Origin: Eledone cirrhosa | Taxonomy: Eukaryota | NCBI GenBank assembly: GCA_964016885.1 | Contig: OZ024741.1 | Location: 309,256,001-309,320,000 of the forward strand | Reading direction: 5' to 3' | Length of the DNA: 64,000 nucleotides | In this document: piece after piece, positions 26,146 to 40,090 of the stretch | Numbering within the stretch: position 1 is the first letter of the stretch | Layout: each line of letters begins with the position of its first letter | The notes under the pieces: model-generated | Seen by the model: only the letters and a program-made list of their open reading frames with translations | Told to the model about the DNA's origin: nothing | The model's database searches: none | Made by a program: the position numbers and the translations under genes

Positions 26146-26844
26146 TACACACACAAAAAAAAAAACTTTATTGGATGGCCGTTGACTCTGCTGAGTTCCT
26201 CCGGCCTTTGATGGGTTTTGTTTTTCATCCTGCAGGATGTCCAAAATCACCCTCCTCACCAAGCAAGTTTGGTGGAGTTGTCGATTTAGACGCCGACGAC
26301 CCGACCATGAACAGTTTGTACTGGGTTACATGTTACCAGTAGCGCTGAAGAGTGACTTGACACACACACACACATATTTATATATATGTGTGTATGTATA
26401 TATGTGTTTGTGTGTGTGTGTGTGTGAAGACTTTGCCAGTGAAATGTATATTTTACATGGATTTGTATCCAGTTGAAAAGGTTTGATAGGAGGGCTCAAA
26501 AATAGTGGGTCCATCTGCTGGATGGCACTTGGTTCAGAAGATGGTTTTCCAGTATGAAACCAGCAGGAAACCCTACAAATATCATGTAATATCACCCTTA
26601 AATTACCTGTTACTGTCTTAGGAAAGGGAATAATTGATTGTATATTGTGCTACAATATAGCCATAAAAAGATAAGAGGCTTGTTCAATGGATGCTGACCT
26701 TGGGTAAAGCAAAAATACAGCAACACACATGTACACAACACAAATATATGCATTCAAATACACACATATATACACAGTAATGTCCAGAAAAGCACTTCTT
26801 ATAAACTTACTATCACTAAGTCTATGTCTAAAGTCTGTCTCAAG

Positions 26845-27135
26845 CCAGAAGGCTCGAGTTTATGGATCTGAGTAACGTGGATCGAGCACTGTCTCGAGGT
26901 GCTTATTCCTGTTTCATGGCGTGAAGCGACTGAGAGTACAAGACAGGACAGGACGCCAGTCCATCGAATGGTTAAACCCCCAGCTATTGTTGTTGGTACT
27001 CATTTTCAGCCGAGTATACTAGAGCAACGTGAAATGAAGTGTTTTGCTCAAGAACACAGCACGCAACCCAGCGCAGGAATCGAACATTATGATAGTAAAT
27101 CCAACACCCTTACCACTGGGCCACGCGCTTCCACA
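26845..27135 (-). mobile_element. tRNA-derived SINE with CORE/V-like central region (remnant also ~5157-5290)
   Basis: Minus strand A box GTGGCCCAGTGGTAAG, B box GTTCGATTCC, then GTGTTCTTGAGCAAAACACTT and CGATGGACTGGCGTCCTGTCC. Confidence 0.75.
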
Positions 27136-27230
27136 CTATCACTAAATGCTTATGTAAATCTGATATACTGATCTGCCTATTATAACACAGGCAGCATACC
27201 TGATTCACACATTTTTGTTGTATTAATAAT

Positions 27231-27421
27231 TGTTTCTACTTTTGGCACAAGGCCAGCAATTACCCAGTACATTACTGGTACTTTATTTTATCGACCTCGT
27301 AAGGATGAAAGGCAAAGTTAACCTCGGCGGGATTTGAACTCAGATCGTAAAGGGACGTAACTGTACTGGAAAGCATGTTTGACCCTCTACCGATACTGCC
27401 AATTCACCGCCCTATCCGCCA
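27231..27421 (-). mobile_element. tRNA-derived SINE of the dominant family (~18 copies, e.g. 745-1100, 1430-1590, 7570-8150, 29800-29905, 39195-39380, 40525-40975, 41190-41345, 55660-56100, 57780-57865)
   Basis: A box TGGCAGTATCGG, B box GAGTTCAAATCC, body GAGGTTAACTTTGCCTTTCATCC…GTCGATAAAATAAAGTACCAGT; 18-bp TSD TTTTGTTGTATTAATAAT at 27213-27230 and 27422-27439. Confidence 0.9.
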
Positions 27422-27741
27422 TTTTGTTGTATTAATAATGTTTTGTTTTAATAATATATTTTAATTTCCATACACACATATATACACATGCACATATATA
27501 CACATGCACATACACACACATACTCTCAGGTCTTGAATCGTCCCGCCTCCTGTTTATTAAAATGTCCCACACAAGTATAAAACAGAAAGTATTTTCAAAC
27601 TCCAGTTAGATGCGAGACAAACCACAACAGAAACACAAACCCTCCATCTCAATTTTACTTTTGAAGAACTGTGAAACTGGGAAAGTAAATAAATATTCTT
27701 GAAAGAATCCAGTTGCATTTTTAATCTATTTTCCTTATACA

Positions 27742-27839
<98 letters not shown>

Positions 27840-27846
27840 TATATAC

Positions 27847-27885
<39 letters not shown>

Positions 27886-28151
27886 ACGAAGGAAATGTGG
27901 TAAGGTACCAGGTGGACCATAACGCACCAAAGTACTCAATACTTAGGGTAGTAGAGTGGGTAATAGGAACAAGTAGGACCCCGACGGCTGAGCTCAAGCC
28001 GTTTCGACGGTATAAACAGAGAAATAGCCGTCGAAACGGCTTGAGCTCTGCCGTCGGGTTCTAACATTTTTCTATTACCCACTCTACTACCCTAAGTATT
28101 GAGTACTCTGGTGCGTTATGGTCCATTTGGTTCCTTACCACACCTCCTTCG

Positions 28152-28152
<1 letters not shown>
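27886..28152. mobile_element. Fold-back (palindromic) PLE pLTR pair, 14427 family, in (TA)n
   Basis: ~125-bp inverted arms, each with the 3' half of the HHR (GAAACGGC…GCCGTC); long TA tracts on both sides. Confidence 0.9.
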
Positions 28153-28224
<72 letters not shown>

Positions 28225-28562
28225 GAGGTTATATTTAATTTGTTGGGATTCAACAAGCTTAAACATTTTTATAACTGATATAAAGCACTCAACAAGTTAG
28301 TGGAGTAAATACACAATATATTAATAAATAGAAACTATATTTATAAAACCATATTTATTTTATTATATATATTTCAAGGGCAACCAAGGCAAATTATGGT
28401 GCGCTTTCATCAGATAAAATAGAGATTTGTTTTATAAATAAATATTGACATACCATTGTATAAATATATGGTATTAGGATTGGTGCTTGTTCTGAAATAG
28501 CGATGTATACATGAATGTATGTATAGTATATTTGGCAATATACCGTATGTTTAATTTAAAAT

Positions 28563-28701
<139 letters not shown>

Positions 28702-28718
28702 TACATATATATATATAC

Positions 28719-28749
<31 letters not shown>

Positions 28750-28796
28750 CATATATATATGTATATAAATATCTATTTATTTATATATATATGTAT

Positions 28797-29205
28797 CCCA
28801 ACAGCCTATGTGCACATACACACACGCACACTCCTACACATACATTACTACTCATACCAACAGCCTATGTGCACATACACACGCACACTCCTACACATAC
28901 ATTACTACTCATACCAACAGCCTATGTGCACATACACACGCACACTCCTACACATACATTACTACTCATACCAACAGCCTATGTGCACATACACACGCAC
29001 ACTCCTACACATACATTACTACTCATACCAACAGCCTATTTGCACATACACACGCACACTCCTACACATACATTACTACTCATACCAACAGCCTATGTGC
29101 ACATACACACGCACACTCCTACACATACATTACTACTCATACCAACAGCCTATGTGCACATACACACGCACACTCCTACACATACATTACTACTCATACC
29201 AACAT
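28797..29205. repeat. 57-bp CA-rich minisatellite, ~7 copies
   Basis: Unit CCAACAGCCTATGTGCACATACACACGCACACTCCTACACATACATTACTACTCATA with period 57. Confidence 0.95.
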
Positions 29206-29483
29206 TCTACACATGAGCGACACCTATTTGAAAGGTAAAAAATGTGTTATATTCACAGGTAGGTTGGAATGTGCTAAAGAGGGAGAGAGGTTAATAGAGA
29301 GAAAGACAGATTGATAGATAGGGAGAGAAAGAGGGAGAGGGAGAGGGAAAGATAAAGATAAGATAGACAGGTAGATAGAGAGGTATAAACAGATAAATAG
29401 ACAGATAGAGAGATAAAAACAGATAGATAGAGAGAGAGAGAGAGAGAGATTGAGATAAAAACAGATATATATATAGAGAGAAG

Positions 29484-29544
<61 letters not shown>

Positions 29545-29556
29545 TAGAGACAGATC

Positions 29557-29595
<39 letters not shown>

Positions 29596-29598
<3 letters not shown>

Positions 29599-29800
29599 TT
29601 ATTTCGGATTGAATCGGATGTAACCACAGTAAGTAAGGTATTCAATACATAGCAGAGTATAAATGTTTTAATATAGAAAAGGACTAGAACTGTCCTAATA
29701 AAGGACTACAGGACTAGAACTGTTTCATTCGTGAGAAATCATCAGGAAGCTCCACATGATTTCTCACGAATGAAACAGTTCTAGTCCTGTAGAAGCTCTT
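29596..29800. mobile_element. Fold-back PLE remnant, HHR family B
   Basis: Homologous to 39891-40092; minus strand AGCTTC-CTGATGA-TTTCTCACGAAT-GAAACAG…CTGTA; inverted partial copy ends GTA/GAAGCT. Confidence 0.85.
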
Positions 29801-29900
29801 CCCGCCGAGGTTAACTTTGCCTTTCATCCTTACGGGGTCGATAAAATAAAGTACCAGTAATGCACTGGGTAATTGCTGGCCTTGTGCCAATAGTAGAAAC

Positions 29901-29947
<47 letters not shown>

Positions 29948-30173
29948 TTTATCCCGGCTTCAACGCGGGTAGCCATATATATATAATAATAATAATAAGG
30001 GCGCTGCGGAGTTGCAAATGGGTTACATATGAAAAAAGTTTGTTCTTCATCAGTGATCTTCCAACCATCATAGGCATTTCATCGCTTTAAAGACCATATA
30101 CCTCCGGTTGGTGCGAGCAACGGCTAAAAAAAGTCGTTGGGACACGTAAATAAAGGGGACGCGAGGGTAAACA

Positions 30174-30229
<56 letters not shown>

Positions 30230-30230
<1 letters not shown>

Positions 30231-30423
30231 CGAAGGAGTTGTGGTAAGGAACCAGATGGACCATAACGCACCAGAGTACTCAATACTTAGGGTAGTAGAG
30301 TTGGTAATAGGAAAAAGTATGACCCCAACGGCAGAGCTCAAGCCGTTTCGACAGCTATTTCTGGACTCCTGAAATGGCTGTCGAAACGGCTTGAGCTCTG
30401 CCGTCGGGGTCATACTTTTTCAT
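30230..30423. mobile_element. Fold-back PLE pLTR pair, 14427 family, in (TA)n
   Basis: ACGAAGGAG…GCCGTTTCGACAGCTATTTCTGGACT joined to inverted CCTGAAATGGCTGTCGAAACGGC…CATACTTTTT. Confidence 0.9.
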
Positions 30424-30517
30424 ATATATATATAAAGAGAAAGAGAGAGAGAGAGGGGGGAGAGATAGATAGAGATAGATAGGATAGATAGATGTATTGA
30501 CAGATAAATAGATAGAT

Positions 30518-30548
<31 letters not shown>

Positions 30549-30565
30549 CAGATAAGTAGATAGAT

Positions 30566-30596
<31 letters not shown>

Positions 30597-30735
30597 CAGA
30601 TAAGTAGATATATATAGAGAGAGAGAAATGTTCATTGGTGTGTGTCAACCAGTCACATTCCATTCATTGTTGCTGTTGCTGTAGAAAGTCTAAAGTCGTG
30701 ATTTTCTTCACTCACGTCACCAAGTATCGTTGTCC

Positions 30736-30802
<67 letters not shown>

Positions 30803-30893
30803 GGTGGTGGTGGTGGTGGGTGTGTTTTTGTTGTAGTTCTAATAGGAGTTGTCATTGTTATTTTCTTGTTCTTGAAGTATGGTGGTGGTGGTG

Positions 30894-30925
<32 letters not shown>

Positions 30926-31399
30926 TATTGTTGTAGTAGTTAAGCAAGCAGATAACGATAATTCTTGTCTATTTAAGTTTTCAAATAACATTTATTTGCC
31001 TAATTAAAACTTTTCAAGACCAGAATGTTGCATGAGCTTATATGTGATGTTATTTTGTAGTAGCTGTTGTTGTTGTTGGTGTTGTTGGTGTTGTTGTAGT
31101 TGTTGTTTTTGTTGTTGTTGGTGTTGTAGTTGTTGCTTTTGTTGGTGTCGTTTGTGTTGTTGTAGTTGTAGTTGTTGTTTTTGTTGTAGTTGATGACATT
31201 GTCCTCTTCATTTTATAGTTATAATTCGTAGTAAATATTACTTTCGTCTTCATTTCTTTCTTTCAAATCCAACATTCATGACTTTCAAGATTACAAAGCT
31301 GTTTATACAAAAGCAAAACAAATTATTTAAGGGAACAAAAGAAAGGAAGAAAGAAATGAAATGAAAAGAAGAAAAAAAAAAGAATTAAGCAAAGAAAGA

Positions 31400-33645
31400 A
31401 AGGGAGTTGTGAAGCTCAGACACCACACCTCAGTCTGAGTGGTGTTTCAGCTACATACCGCAGAAAAAAGAGCAAATGCATTACCGCGGAGATTGGCCAG
31501 TGACACACGCAGTAACAGCCACCCCACCTCACGGGGTTCTTTCCTCAAGCGGACCACCCTTTTTCCGACTTTACGGAGGAAATCAGCAGTGTGCGGACTA
31601 AGGACGCCAGAGGTCTCGACGGAAACCAGTACAAAGACGAAACGGTCGGTCAGGCCCCGGTATTTAACAATCTTCCTCTCCTCTGAATGCGGGCAGTGAT
31701 CGAAACGACAAGGTTGGAGGCGAAGAACGAGTAGCAACACGTCGCGTCCCAATTTAGGGATTTACCTCCCTTGAAAGGGGAGAGGGTTAAACCATCGGGG
31801 TGCTTGCCGTCACCAAGGTCGAGGCCAGCCGACTCCAATTGTGACGGGAAACCGGCTGCATCGAGGCTTTTTCTGATAATATCATTCAGAGCGGCGTATC
31901 AGGGGAACCGGCTTGCACTAAGGCGGCAAGATAACGGGTGAAGACTAAACTCGTCAATCACTGCGTCACAACGGCATTTGTGTGACTCACGCACGAGGAG
32001 ACCGAGGCACTGTGCCACGGCTGGAGGAGATTGAGGAGAGATAGCCCGATAGTGCCTAGTCAAGAGTAGATCGGGGACCGAGGCCATCGAATTTCACAGG
32101 GAGTCTCGCCTGTTGCCAGCCGGCGCTGTTAAAGCAAACATTGCAGGTGATTTCAACACAGCATCGGATGATGGCATCGAGTCGATCTGCTAGTGGGTGG
32201 CAGGGCGCATGGCGATTCGTGAAGGGGAATTTGGAGAAATCAAAGCAGTTCCTCTTGAGGAAGAGCACCGAATGCATATCGACGAGGCGTAATCTCTGGT
32301 CATCCTCGTCAGGTCTACATGTTTAGTCTCCAGGAACTCACGTATGGCTTTCAGGAGGATTGGGGAGCTGAGATGCAAACGGCTTCTTTCGGGGTTAGCC
32401 GAGCCCCATTCATGACAGGATCGGTACTGAGTATGGCGTCTTGGAATTCAGCTTCACTGTAGCTCACATGGACGATCTCAGACTTGGACAGGTTGATCTC
32501 CAGTCATAAGTGCCTTAGGGCAGAGATGACCCAAGGGAGGTCCTCAGCAACAAATTCAACCGAGCCTCCCAGAGTCGCGCCGTCCAAGTACCACACATCG
32601 AAGAGCGAATGAAATGATTGGGTGATGTCATCAACAGTCAATGCAATAAGGAGCGGCTCGAGTGGGCCCCCTTGCAGAGGTATCCGTTTATCAGCAGTCA
32701 TGAATGTATTTTGTGTCTCGCGAGAGAGGTATGTGAGAGGGAGCAACGAGGGAGCACGTCTTTGACACGTCTCCAAATCTGTTGAAGGCGTTATGCATAT
32801 CCAGCATTACTCGGAGGTGAGGTGACGAAGGAGGCGTGTACTCTATGAAGTCTCTGGCCGCTTGAGCAGCCACCTCACATCCGCATTCAATTCCCATTCC
32901 TTGCTGGATAGGACTGAATTTCTCGCTCAGGTCATTAACGACTGATCAGCAGGCTATTTGGGCTGCAAGTCACCGAAAGACGTCACCCACTGTAATGGGT
33001 CATATGTTACCGTCATTCTTCTTCAAAGCCGTCACGTTTGCTGAGAACAGAAGATCACGGGTATGGCGGAGAAGGTCGGCATAAAGAAAACCTGTTAGTG
33101 AGAGCGGTAATAGATCGGGCAGCCACTCTGCCACATCAGCGGAGTGTAACAAGATTGCGTCTCTGAGGTGGCCGGGTCGCAAGCCATCAACTTCGTGACT
33201 TCTGTAACCTGGGAAGGGTCTCAGGGCTGCTGTCGATCTTCGCCGGACGCAGACAAAGCAGCAACACTGTCAGGGATCTGGAAATCCCTGGTATCAACTG
33301 GTGAGTCCGAATGCCTGAGACAGAAAGCGGCCAGCACCTCTGGTGTGAGATGGAATATTGTGTCACTCGAGGCCAGCACACGTACCGCAGCGGAAACGTC
33401 ACCCTCGATTAATTTGCTATTGACTCGGTCATGGAGCTATTTTGCACAATCGGAAGTGGGACTGCATAGGCGTTGTTGATGTAGATGGGCAGTGTGGGAG
33501 AAACGAGAACCTGATTGGTGAGGGGTGGTCGAAGGAAGCGACATTCTGATCCTCGAACTCTTCCCTGTCATCAGGATCCCAAATATAAGCGACGAAGAAC
33601 TGAAAAGACGATTACAGTCTTGCAGGCTGTTGGTATCGAGCGCCT
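31400..33645 (-). mobile_element. Decayed CRE-clade non-LTR retrotransposon (RT + restriction-like endonuclease)
   Basis: Minus-strand peptides ALKKNDGNI.PITVGDVF, GCEVAAQAARDF, LDMHNAFN, QGGPLEPLLIAL, WYLDGATL, and RLE motifs KHPDGLTL…NWDATC, KIVKY, VSVETSG, LRGNA; many frameshifts. Confidence 0.85.
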
Positions 33646-33862
33646 GTTGTTTTTGTTTTAGTAGTAGTAGTAGTAGTAGTAGTAGTAGCAGTAGTAGTTG
33701 TTGCTGTTGTTGTTGTTGTTGTTGTTGTTGTTGACGTTGTCGCATTCTTCGTCTGATAAAATGTTCTACAAGATGTTTTACAAAATGTTGAAACCTTTTT
33801 GTTCGTCTTAGTATTTTGTACCGTAATTTTGCTTTTCTTAACATGTGTGCATAAGAAATGAC

Positions 33863-33967
<105 letters not shown>

Positions 33968-34622
33968 CACACATATACACATCAAACGATGAATGTATGT
34001 ATGTATGTTCTTCTGGTTTTATGATTTCACAAATTTTTGCCAATAGAGAGAGAGTCGATTTTTATGTATGTATGTATGTATGTATGTATGTATGTATGTA
34101 TGTATGTATGTATGTATGTATGTATGTATGTATGTATGTACGTATGTATGTATGTATATCACCGGGAGAGATGACCCCTTAGCCTTTGTCAATGCAGAAT
34201 TCTAGGAGAAGGAAAACTCTGATATAACACCTGCAACCCTGATGGTATCCAATGATGTTGACTTGTTCTTCTTTTTGGTAAATATCATCTTGGTTAAGAG
34301 AGTGGGACTGGCTTTGTGTAGTGCCTTTGCTCACTATAAAAGCTTCACGGCACAGGCATTGCTTTATATCTGGAGATCTCTCTGCACTTATCGTCACATG
34401 GTACCATGGGCCCAGCACTATGTGTCAATAATTGTCACAAGTGTAGTGTTTGAACCAGAGTTTTCAAGTCGCTGGCTGGACTAAAAAGTCACACTCGTTC
34501 AGCGCATCAGTAGGGGTTCTCCTACATGGATATAAAGTAGTGGCCGTACTCGAAAACGAGTTGGCAGCCACCACCATGTATGTATGTATGTATGTATGTA
34601 TGTATGTATGTATGTATGTATG

Positions 34623-36480
34623 TTCTTCTGGTTTTATAATTTCACAAATTTTTACCAATAGAGAGAGAGTCGGTTTCTAACATAGACACAAGACTCTCTC
34701 ATTGGAATTTACACAACATCAACAATGTAGATATGTATGCATGCATGCATGTGTAGGTATGGATGTTATTGTATGTGTGGATGTGTATGTTTTGAGTTGT
34801 ATGTGTGCATGTGTATATGCTTTGTATCTCTACATGTGTATATTCACTTATTAGATGCAACATTTTTGGAATGTTTTACATATTTTTATTGTTCCATTAA
34901 TGGATTGTACTTGTAATTTCCTAACTAGTTGTATTCTTTCTGTTCCTGTGAAGCCTAGCTTCTCAAGATTTGTATTGAGGCAGTTACTAACATACCCCAG
35001 TGCCCCAATAATCACAGGCATAAATCTGAAGGTGTAATCAGGGTAGAGTATCTGCAGATTTCTCATCAGTTCTGCATAAATATTCTTCTTTTCGCTAAAT
35101 CTTTGATATTATATTGACATCTGCTGGGCAGCTAACTTCCACTGCTGTGCATGCTTTCTTTTCTCTGTCCCATATCATAATATCTGGTCTGTTATGCCTG
35201 CATTTTATTGGTGTTTTTACTGGAACATTCCACCAGTACTCTTTCATATTATGCATGTATGTCTTCCACATTGCTGTAGCTTTTAATGTGTTTATTTTCG
35301 GGGCTATCTTTTCTACGGATTGCATTGTACAGTGTTTGGCCACTACATCATGCCTCATAGGTAGATAGTACCGCGATGACATCTTTGGACAGCTGCTGAT
35401 GACATGGTTGACATCTTCGATGTTAATTCTGAAGAGTCTGCACTTGTTATCACATCTAGGTGTATTGCCTGCATCCCTATCTCTTTTGTGAATCAGGTAT
35501 TTCGTGTTAATTTCTTGTTCTTGGATTGCAAAAGCGTATCCTTCAAAGTGGGAGCCAATATAGCGGTTGTTGGTCCAAGATAGACTACTTTCCTTATCTA
35601 TATTACTCTCACTCTGGAGCTTCCTGGCAACATATCCATGCATGATTTTTTGCTGATAGGCATGCAGTTTTGCATCCATGGATTCACTGCGATACTGCTG
35701 AGCGACTTCCTGGGTGGGAGTTTTTGATTATCACACAGGGAATATCTCTCGAGGAGTTCCTTCCTAACTCTCATGATCTTATCTGTTTCATGCAGATAGA
35801 CTTGCTCGAGAGACGGGCTCCTACGCTTCGAGGTTCGTAGTTGTTGTTGGAGAGATATGATGCGACATTCAAATTATGTATGGACTGATGTTAGGCCTCT
35901 GCCTCCCTGCTTACGTTTCAAGTAAAGGCAGTCTATGTCACTGTTGATGTGGAAGTTTCCGGTGTTGTTTAGTATTTTTGGAGTTCTAACATCAACTGCA
36001 CGGATTTCGTCTATCGTCCAATTGAGTATTCCAAACGTTGGTGTTAGGACAGGCACAGCAAACACATTGTGAGCCACTGTTTTGTTTTGCGCAGAGAGTT
36101 CCGATGACCAAATCTTTCTTAATCGGGTGTAGTATTCCCTGGTTACGCGTTCTTTATTACAGATACCATTATAGGATATGTCCTCATCTATCCCCAGGTA
36201 TCTGTAGCAGTCCTCATCAGATATCGTTGAAACAGTTAGGCCATTGATGACAATGTTGTTCGATTGGGTTGTTGTTTTTCCCCACTTTACAGTTATATAT
36301 GAGCATTTATCTTGGCCAAACTCCATTCCTATATCCTTTGAGAACGTTGTAACCAGGTCAAGATTTTTTTCACCCCATCCATGTTCTTGGCATAGAGTTT
36401 CAGATCGTTCACAAAGAAATTATGGGTTAGGTTCGTATTTCTGTCCTCCTGTGAGCCAATGATGTATCCTTATAGGCCGT
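34623..36480 (-). mobile_element. Decayed R4/Dong-clade LINE 3' part (extra tail copy ~34008-34060)
   Basis: MEFGQDKC, YRYLGI, NWTIDEI…LYLKRKQGGRGL, zinc-knuckle region CRL…HVISSC…RHD, RPDIMIWD…EVSCP, PVIIGALG; both tails end …AAAACCAGAAGAA|(CATA)n. Confidence 0.9.
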
Positions 36481-36568
36481 TTATTTACAAACGAATCGAA
36501 CATTATTATTAATGTTCGATAAAACCCATACGTACATATGTATATCTATATATGTGTGTGTATGTATA

Positions 36569-36703
<135 letters not shown>

Positions 36704-37014
36704 TGTGCATACTTACATTTATGTATATATAAATATATATATATATATAGATAAAGTGAGAGAGAGAGATTTCGCAGCCGTTTGGCATACAGCATGTGTG
36801 AGATCGAGTCCAACATGTGATGCCGTCCACTGTTTTTCACCTCTAGGGGTTTATATGTTTACATACGTTTAGTATATTGGAATATAAGTTTCGTCGACTG
36901 ACTAACAATCGGTCGCGAAATTTGTATTATGAGTTACTGTGCTTATTGATATAAAATAATATAAATTATCCTTCTACTCTATGCCAAAACGTACATCATC
37001 AGATAATGTTTATA

Positions 37015-37470
37015 AGCTTCTTCTTCTTGAGAGGGTCCTGGTAGAAGAGTCCTCAAACACTCCCTCCAGCGAGTCCTGCCAGAAGCAACCGTTACCAACT
37101 GACCCGGCTTGATCCCCAAGCGAAACAGCCAAGCTCATAGGTGTTATCCAACCATCTTGCTCGGGATCTACCCCAGATCGTAAAGTCTGTCCATCAATTC
37201 TTTCCTGAGATGTTCTAACCACATGCCTGTAGTATCGGAGCTGTGATCTCTCCATTTGGAGAAGTAGCGGCTCTACATGGAGTGACTCTCTGATCTCCAA
37301 GCTCCGCACTTTTTCGAGCGATGTTCCTCCAAAGACCGTTCGGAGGAACCCCATTTCGGCCGCTTGTGTTCGCGATCGTATTCTTTCGGTTATTACTCGA
37401 GATTCATGACCATAAGTAAGGGTTGGCACGAATAACGAATTGAAGATAGCGAGTTTGACTTTTATACATA
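37015..37470 (-). mobile_element. RTE LINE 3' fragment
   Basis: PTLTYGHES…AAEMGFLR…IRESL..EPLL..MERSQLRYY.HVVR; GAA tail. Confidence 0.9.
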
Positions 37471-38457
37471 TGAATGTTTATAAGCTGTAAAACATATTAT
37501 TTCTAATCGCAGCAGGTAATTTCTTCCCTAACATGATCAGAGTCACCCCCAAATGCTTGATCACTTTCCAATTTTAATTTAGATCTCGGAGTTGTCTGTC
37601 TTGTTTTACTTGGCAAGAATCTATCGTTAAAACTAACCGTATTTCTTTTTATTGTGCCTATAATTTTAATCAAATAAAACATTTTTGTGGATCACCACAC
37701 ACAAACAAACACATATTTAGCTAAATATGTTATTACTGTTTAACATAGTCATGTATCACTCTTGAATTTATGACAAGAATTAAACCCCGCAATATGAGTA
37801 ATTATAAGTTATATATTCAGGGTCGGATTAAGGCCAACTAATGCCCTAAGCACAGCCCAACAATGGTACACTCTCGACCCATCCTTTGCCTAACTGACAA
37901 GACATTAAACCACGATAAGTGTTGAATGTGAAATAATAGATTACAAATTTAGTTTTCTTCCAGGCAATCCCTCACAGACAACACTTCACAACTATAGTAA
38001 ATATAACCAGCTTGTTTCTTTTTTTCTTTTTAATTTTATTTATTCAAAATCAAATTGCAGTAAGCAATGTAAACAGATTAGTTACTTACAACTAAAATAA
38101 CAAATAAGTGCAAATTTTCAACAGTTTCTGTGGGACTCTGATACATCGTTTATAACGCGGCAGTGGAAAAAGTCTTAGTGCTCACATTTGCGTCCTTTTT
38201 TGTTACCTTGCATTTCATTTCTATCTTATAATTCTGCTTATGTTTCGTCCATTCGTAATGTACGTTACGCACGTTACGTTTTAGTTACATACACACACAT
38301 CTCTACACGTAAATACATAAACAGACACACAGACAATATAAGTGAAAACACACACACAAACAAACAACCAAACAAACACACACACACACGCACACATCTA
38401 TTCATACATATTCGTAAATAGACACATTATACAAAATAATTATTACATACACACACA

Positions 38458-38567
38458 TCTATGTAATGATTAAGGAAGGAAGGGGCTGGTGAAACGCTAT
38501 AGTGATGAGCGTTCCAAGATTAACTACACATGTGTGAGTGTATGTGTGCGTTTGTGTGAATGCATTT

Positions 38568-38635
<68 letters not shown>

Positions 38636-38895
38636 TTATGTGTGTTTGCGCGTTTATATTGATATACATATAAATGTATACATATGCATATACACATACA
38701 CACACAATTGTAATGAATAGTGTGTGTGTATGTCTACAAAGACACGAGAAATTAAATGAAGAACAGAGGCATATTATTTTAGAACAAGGTAGACTAAGAC
38801 AACAGGAGAGAAGAGATAATATACAGCTAGACGAACGTCTCTTAAATAGCTCCTCTTAATCTTTTCGTCCGTGGAATTTCCACGGGTCCCACTAG
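38458..38895 (+). mobile_element. Non-autonomous Helitron
   Basis: A|TCTATGTAATGATTAAG start; 3' hairpin CCGTGGAA-T-TTCCACGG (38869-38885) then CTAG|T; internal EEQR…EQGRLRQQERR resembles RepHel N-terminal repeats. Confidence 0.7.
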
Positions 38896-39689
38896 TTTAG
38901 CGTAATATTTTCTGTAAAATTTTTTGTAATGATATTTCTTTCAATAATGCACAGATAAAGACGTCCCATATCATTCACTTGCAATACAATCGCCAAAGAA
39001 GAGTCAGATTAATTCTTCAGAGTAAAACAAATAAAGGAATAAAATACACACACACAAAAAAAAAAAATTCTAAAATGTCCTAATATGGTTTTGCCTACAG
39101 CTGGATCGTTCAAAGCAATTGATATTTATCTCAATCAGGATGTAAAATATATTTGTACGATGTACATTCGTTGGGCAACGTAATTAATGAAATAATTGTT
39201 TCTATTTGGGGCACAAGGCCAGCAATTATACCAGTGCATTACTGGTATTTTATTTTGTCGACCCTGTAAGGATAAAAGGCAAAGTTAACCTCGGCAGAAT
39301 TTGAACTCAGACAGTAAATGGACGTAACTCTATGCTGCAAAGAACGGCGTCTGACCCTCTGCTGATACTGCCAATCCACCAGAATAAGTATTTATACAGA
39401 ACACCGCGTATACTATTAGAAAAAAAAAATTAAAATAAATTTAATGTTGATATAACTACAGTTTTAAAATTAGAAACCGTGGAGCTAAGTAAAAATTCAT
39501 TAGAGATATAATCCTATGAGCATTACGACATGGATATATATGGGGCAGCCGTCCAGCAAAAGCCTTTATTGACTAACTCAGGTTTTTTGCTCTGCTGACC
39601 TTCCAAACCGATGCACGATCGAGACGGATGGCATGATCAAATTTAACCAAACTGGGCAAGCTCGACAAGATGATTATATATATATATAT

Positions 39690-39876
39690 ACACACACTCA
39701 TATTCCCCGCCTTTTATTTTAATGTCTTTCCATCACTCCTCCCTTCTCGGAACTCTTTTCCTTCCCACCTGTCTCCTGATGAAGGGCTTATGCCCGACCC
39801 CCCCCCCACTCTCAAGCGTGAACCTAATACCAACACTCTTCGTACTGCACTCCTTGTTTTTGTTTTGTTCCTTGCC
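39690..39876 (+). mobile_element. PLE pLTR remnant with partial HHR core; related copy 53338-53460 on -
   Basis: CTGATGA-A-GGGC-TTAT-GCCC-GA here and CTGAAGA-A-GGGC-TTAT-GCCC-GAAACGTC at ~53428-53455 (-); both end at (TA)n; helix I not intact. Confidence 0.65.
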
Positions 39877-39890
39877 TATATATATATATA

Positions 39891-40090
39891 GTTTTAATAT
39901 AGATGAGATTCTACAGGACTAGAACTGTTTCATTCTTGAGAAATCATCAGGAATCACCGGATTCCTGATGATTTCTCAAGAATGAAACAGTTCTAGTCCT
40001 GTAGAATCTCATCTATATTAAAACTTTTATACTCTGCTATGTATTGAGTACCTTACTGTGGTTACCTCCGATTCAACCCAGAATAACTTA

